Of a DNA stretch of 64,000 bases, positions 61,066 to 64,000 are shown piece by piece. Position numbers and translations under genes: made by a program. The first letter of the stretch is position 1, and each line of letters opens with the position of its first letter. The notes beneath the pieces are model-generated. The model was not told the origin of the DNA, searched no databases, and worked only from the letters and a program-made list of their open reading frames with translations. This stretch comes from an uncultured bacterium (GTDB lineage: Bacteria > Desulfobacterota_D > UBA1144 > Nemesobacterales > UBA2774). Location: NCBI GenBank assembly GCA_963825135.1, contig CAWGRW010000009.1, positions 256,001 to 320,000 on the forward strand, written 5' to 3'.

Positions 61066-61968
61066 TCAGTCGAGCCTCGAGAGCTGAAGGAAAGCGGCGA
61101 ACCTCTTATCGATATCGGCTTTCCTTAGCTGTGCTAATCGCCTCACGCTGAAATTCTCTACGGTGAACGAAGCGATGACGCTTCCGAACACTACGGCCGT
61201 CTTATAACCCGCCTGGTCGGTAATATCGTGCCCCGCAACGAACCCCATGAAACCTCCCGCGAACGAATCCCCCGCGCCCGTCGGGTCGATTACCTCTTCG
61301 AGCGGGTAGCTCGGCGCCCAGAATATGCCATCCCTCGAGAACATCAGCGCGCCGTACTCGCCCCTCTTCACTATGAGCGCCCTGGGGCCGAGCTCGAGCA
61401 CTTTCCTCGCGGCGTGCGTGATCCGGGGCTCCTTCGCGAGTATCCTGGTTTCGGAATCGTTCAGCATAAGAATGTCCACCCGTTTTATCACTTCCTTGAG
61501 CGCCTCGGGCTTGTGCTCTATCCAGTAGTTCATGGTGTCGCAGGCGACGAGCTTCGGGTTTTTCATCTGATCGAGCACGCTCAGCTGAAGCTCCGGGTCT
61601 ATGTTCGCGAGGAAAACGTATTCTATGTCCCTGTACTCATCGGGAAGTACGGGCTTGAAGTTCTCGAACACGTTCAGGTACGTGCCCAGAGTCTCCGGGT
61701 CCCCGAGGTCGTAGCCGTACCTGCCCTCCCACCTGAACGTCCGGCCGTTCTCCCTCTTTACTCCGTTGAGCGCTATCCCCTTCGACCTGAAAAGCTCCAT
61801 GTGCTCTTCAGGAAAATCGCTTCCGACGACCGCCACGGCGGATACGTCCGTAAACATGCTCGCGGCTAGGGAGAAATACGAGGCGGAGCCCCCGAGAATA
61901 TCTTCCTCTCTGCCGAATGGAGTCTCCACGGTATCGAGAGCGATTGATCCGACTACAAGAAGCTTCAT
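61066..61968 (-). CDS. PfkB family kinase
   Basis: GGSASYF and DPTGAGDSFAGG. Confidence 0.92.
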   Translation of the reverse strand: MKLLVVGSIALDTVETPFGREEDILGGSASYFSLAASMFTDVSAVAVVGSDFPEEHMELFRSKGIALNGVKRENGRTFRWEGRYGYDLGDPETLGTYLNVFENFKPVLPDEYRDIEYVFLANIDPELQLSVLDQMKNPKLVACDTMNYWIEHKPEALKEVIKRVDILMLNDSETRILAKEPRITHAARKVLELGPRALIVKRGEYGALMFSRDGIFWAPSYPLEEVIDPTGAGDSFAGGFMGFVAGHDITDQAGYKTAVVFGSVIASFTVENFSVRRLAQLRKADIDKRFAAFLQLSRLD

Positions 61969-62822
61969 TGTACGTACCTCCTTATCAGTATTCCGAGTCT
62001 CTCTTTGACCTCGGGAGTGATGGAGTCACGGGAAGTAATTATAGCGTTCTCGAGCGCGCTCGCGCACAGGCAGTCTTTCGTATCATCTATCGCCGGCAGG
62101 ACCTTCAGGATAACCTTCCTGGCGAGAGCCACGTTGTTCATAAGCGTCTCTATGACGTCATCCACCGTGACGTCGCCGTGTTGCTCGTGCCAGCAGTCAT
62201 AGTCGGTCGACAACGCAAGTGTAGAATAGCAAATCTCGGCTTCGCGCGCAAGCTTCGCCTCGGGCATGTTGGTCATCCCTATCACGTCCACTCCCCATTT
62301 CCTGTATATATTGCTCTCCGCGCGGGAGGAGAACTGGGGCCCCTCCATGCAGATATAGGTCGCGTCCTTATGCACGGTCGCCCCCGCCTCGAGTGCGGCC
62401 TCGTAGAGCGCCTTCGAGAGGACCGGGCACACCGGGTCGGCCATCGACACGTGCGCCGCCAACCCGTCCCCGAAGAACGTGGACGCCCTCGACTTCGTGT
62501 GATCGTAGAACTGCGACGGTATGACAATGTGGCCGGGAGCTATTTCCTCCCTCATGCTTCCGACGGCGCTTACTGATATTATCCACCCGGCGCCGAGCGT
62601 CTTCATCGCGAATATATTAGCGCGGTAGTTTATCTCGGACGGCATGAGCTTGTGCCCCTTCCCGTGACGCGGGAGGAATATGAGCCTCGTATCCCCCAGC
62701 ATGCCTACAGCCGGGTCGTCGGAAGGCTTTCCCCAGGGCGTATCCACGCTCACCGTTTCCACTTCCGTAAGCCCCTCGAGCGCGTATAGCCCGCTCCCGC
62801 CTATTATCCCCACTGTTTTCAT
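61965..62822 (-). CDS. mtnP: S-methyl-5'-thioadenosine phosphorylase
   Basis: GIIGGSG, PRHG, EGPQFSSRAES and TDYDCW. Confidence 0.93.
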   Translation of the reverse strand: MKTVGIIGGSGLYALEGLTEVETVSVDTPWGKPSDDPAVGMLGDTRLIFLPRHGKGHKLMPSEINYRANIFAMKTLGAGWIISVSAVGSMREEIAPGHIVIPSQFYDHTKSRASTFFGDGLAAHVSMADPVCPVLSKALYEAALEAGATVHKDATYICMEGPQFSSRAESNIYRKWGVDVIGMTNMPEAKLAREAEICYSTLALSTDYDCWHEQHGDVTVDDVIETLMNNVALARKVILKVLPAIDDTKDCLCASALENAIITSRDSITPEVKERLGILIRRYVQ

Positions 62823-62886
62823 TTTCGCCTCTTATTACGCTGAATTATCGGTCCCCTATCGTCTTGAACATACGGACGCCGCACGC

Positions 62887-63849
62887 TCAATTGGACGGCA
62901 TATCGAGCTTCGTGCCGATACCCGCCCCTTTGGCGACCTTATACACGTGCGCCGCGACGGCAATGTCCTCGACCGCGATGCCGAGCGATTTGAAGAGCGT
63001 TATGTCTTCGTCTTTCGTCCTTCCCGGGGACTTCCCTGAAACGACGTCCCCGAGCTCCGAAATACGGGCCCACCTGAGCGTGCCCTTCTCGATGAGCGGT
63101 AAGAACTCGCCCGCCTCCATCTTCGACTGCTCGAGTGATTCGACGACTATCACGTCCGCCGTCCTCACCGTCTTCTCGTCTATCTCCCTCTTGAAAAGGA
63201 AATTGCCGCCTATCGCGTTTACGTGAGCCCCCTTCGAAAGCCAGTCCCCCTTGAATACGGGCTCGAACGACGAGGTCGAAGTGATGACGCAGTCGGCGTC
63301 CCTCACGGCTTCCTCGGCCGACGCGACCGGCGTAACGGTAATCCGGAGCTGCTTTTCCATCTCCCTCGAGAACGCTTCCCTGTTAGCCGCGCTGCGGCTG
63401 TAAACGCTTATCTTCTTCACGTGCCTGACGGCCGCCGCCGCAAGGAGCTGCCCCCTCGCCTGCCATCCCGCGCCGAGGATACCGACGCGGCTCATGTCCT
63501 CCCTCGCCATGTATTTCGTAGCCACGCCCGACACGGCCCCGGTCCTCATCATGCCCATGAAGTTCCCGTCCATGATGGACAGCAGCTCCCCGGAGTCGAG
63601 ATCGTGGAGGAACACCCTGAACTTGACGCCCGATTTCGAGGAGGTATAAGCCTTATAGCCCATTACCCCCAGGTGCGGGAGCGCCCCGGCCAGGTAATGC
63701 AGCATGCTTACCTCGGTCCTTATCCTCTGCCTCGGCTGATTTATTATGTTTCCGAGCCCCTGCTGCCTGAACATCTCCTCAAGCACCTTAATGGCGTCGG
63801 ACATGGTGAGGATCTGCCTTACGTCGTCCTCTCCCAGGAATAAAACCAT
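62887..63849 (-). CDS. Ornithine cyclodeaminase/mu-crystallin family protein
   Basis: RTGAVSG, GAGWQA and FKSLGIAVED. Confidence 0.9.
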   Translation of the reverse strand: MVLFLGEDDVRQILTMSDAIKVLEEMFRQQGLGNIINQPRQRIRTEVSMLHYLAGALPHLGVMGYKAYTSSKSGVKFRVFLHDLDSGELLSIMDGNFMGMMRTGAVSGVATKYMAREDMSRVGILGAGWQARGQLLAAAAVRHVKKISVYSRSAANREAFSREMEKQLRITVTPVASAEEAVRDADCVITSTSSFEPVFKGDWLSKGAHVNAIGGNFLFKREIDEKTVRTADVIVVESLEQSKMEAGEFLPLIEKGTLRWARISELGDVVSGKSPGRTKDEDITLFKSLGIAVEDIAVAAHVYKVAKGAGIGTKLDMPSN

Positions 63850-64000
63850 CTTATCCTCCGTAACCGGTCCCGGCCCGCACGGGTCGGACCGCCTCTCTTG
63901 GGTAGGATTTTAACATTTAAGCGTCTGATTTTAAAGTGAGACTGGGGAGTTATATGGAACGTGCGGATAAACGCCGATACTCACGCCTGAGGGCCAGCCG

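Overview
Bacterial chromosomal window with a GC-rich backbone. The gene content (IPTL-CTERM proteins, DUF1844, mtnP-pfkB-TPR, DUF4175-MoxR) suggests a deltaproteobacteria-like lineage such as Ca. Dadabacteria; this is inference only. The backbone carries a sigma54-type sulfonate-like ABC operon whose ATPase has an N-terminal TusA domain missed by the ORF track, an RND efflux operon, an HD-GYP protein, hemAC, folE with two PTPS genes, a MoxR locus, an orphan nuoM, purEK, perR/dps/sufT/mrp, cbpA, hldE, mtnP and ocd. Between about 18.0 and 34.3 kb lies a tandem island at an initiator tRNA-Met gene, with two extra degenerate att copies and a tyrosine integrase. The island is a visibly AT-rich mosaic of unrelated cargo genes separated by IS3-family ends and about 130-150 bp hybrid miniature elements. 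The most striking signal is an IS3-family element that appears to capture passenger genes between its transposase stop codon and a distal copy of its right end. One complete unit (49734-51988) has a dead inner right end, a methyltransferase passenger and a 4-bp target duplication, and the same layout recurs three times in decayed form inside the island.
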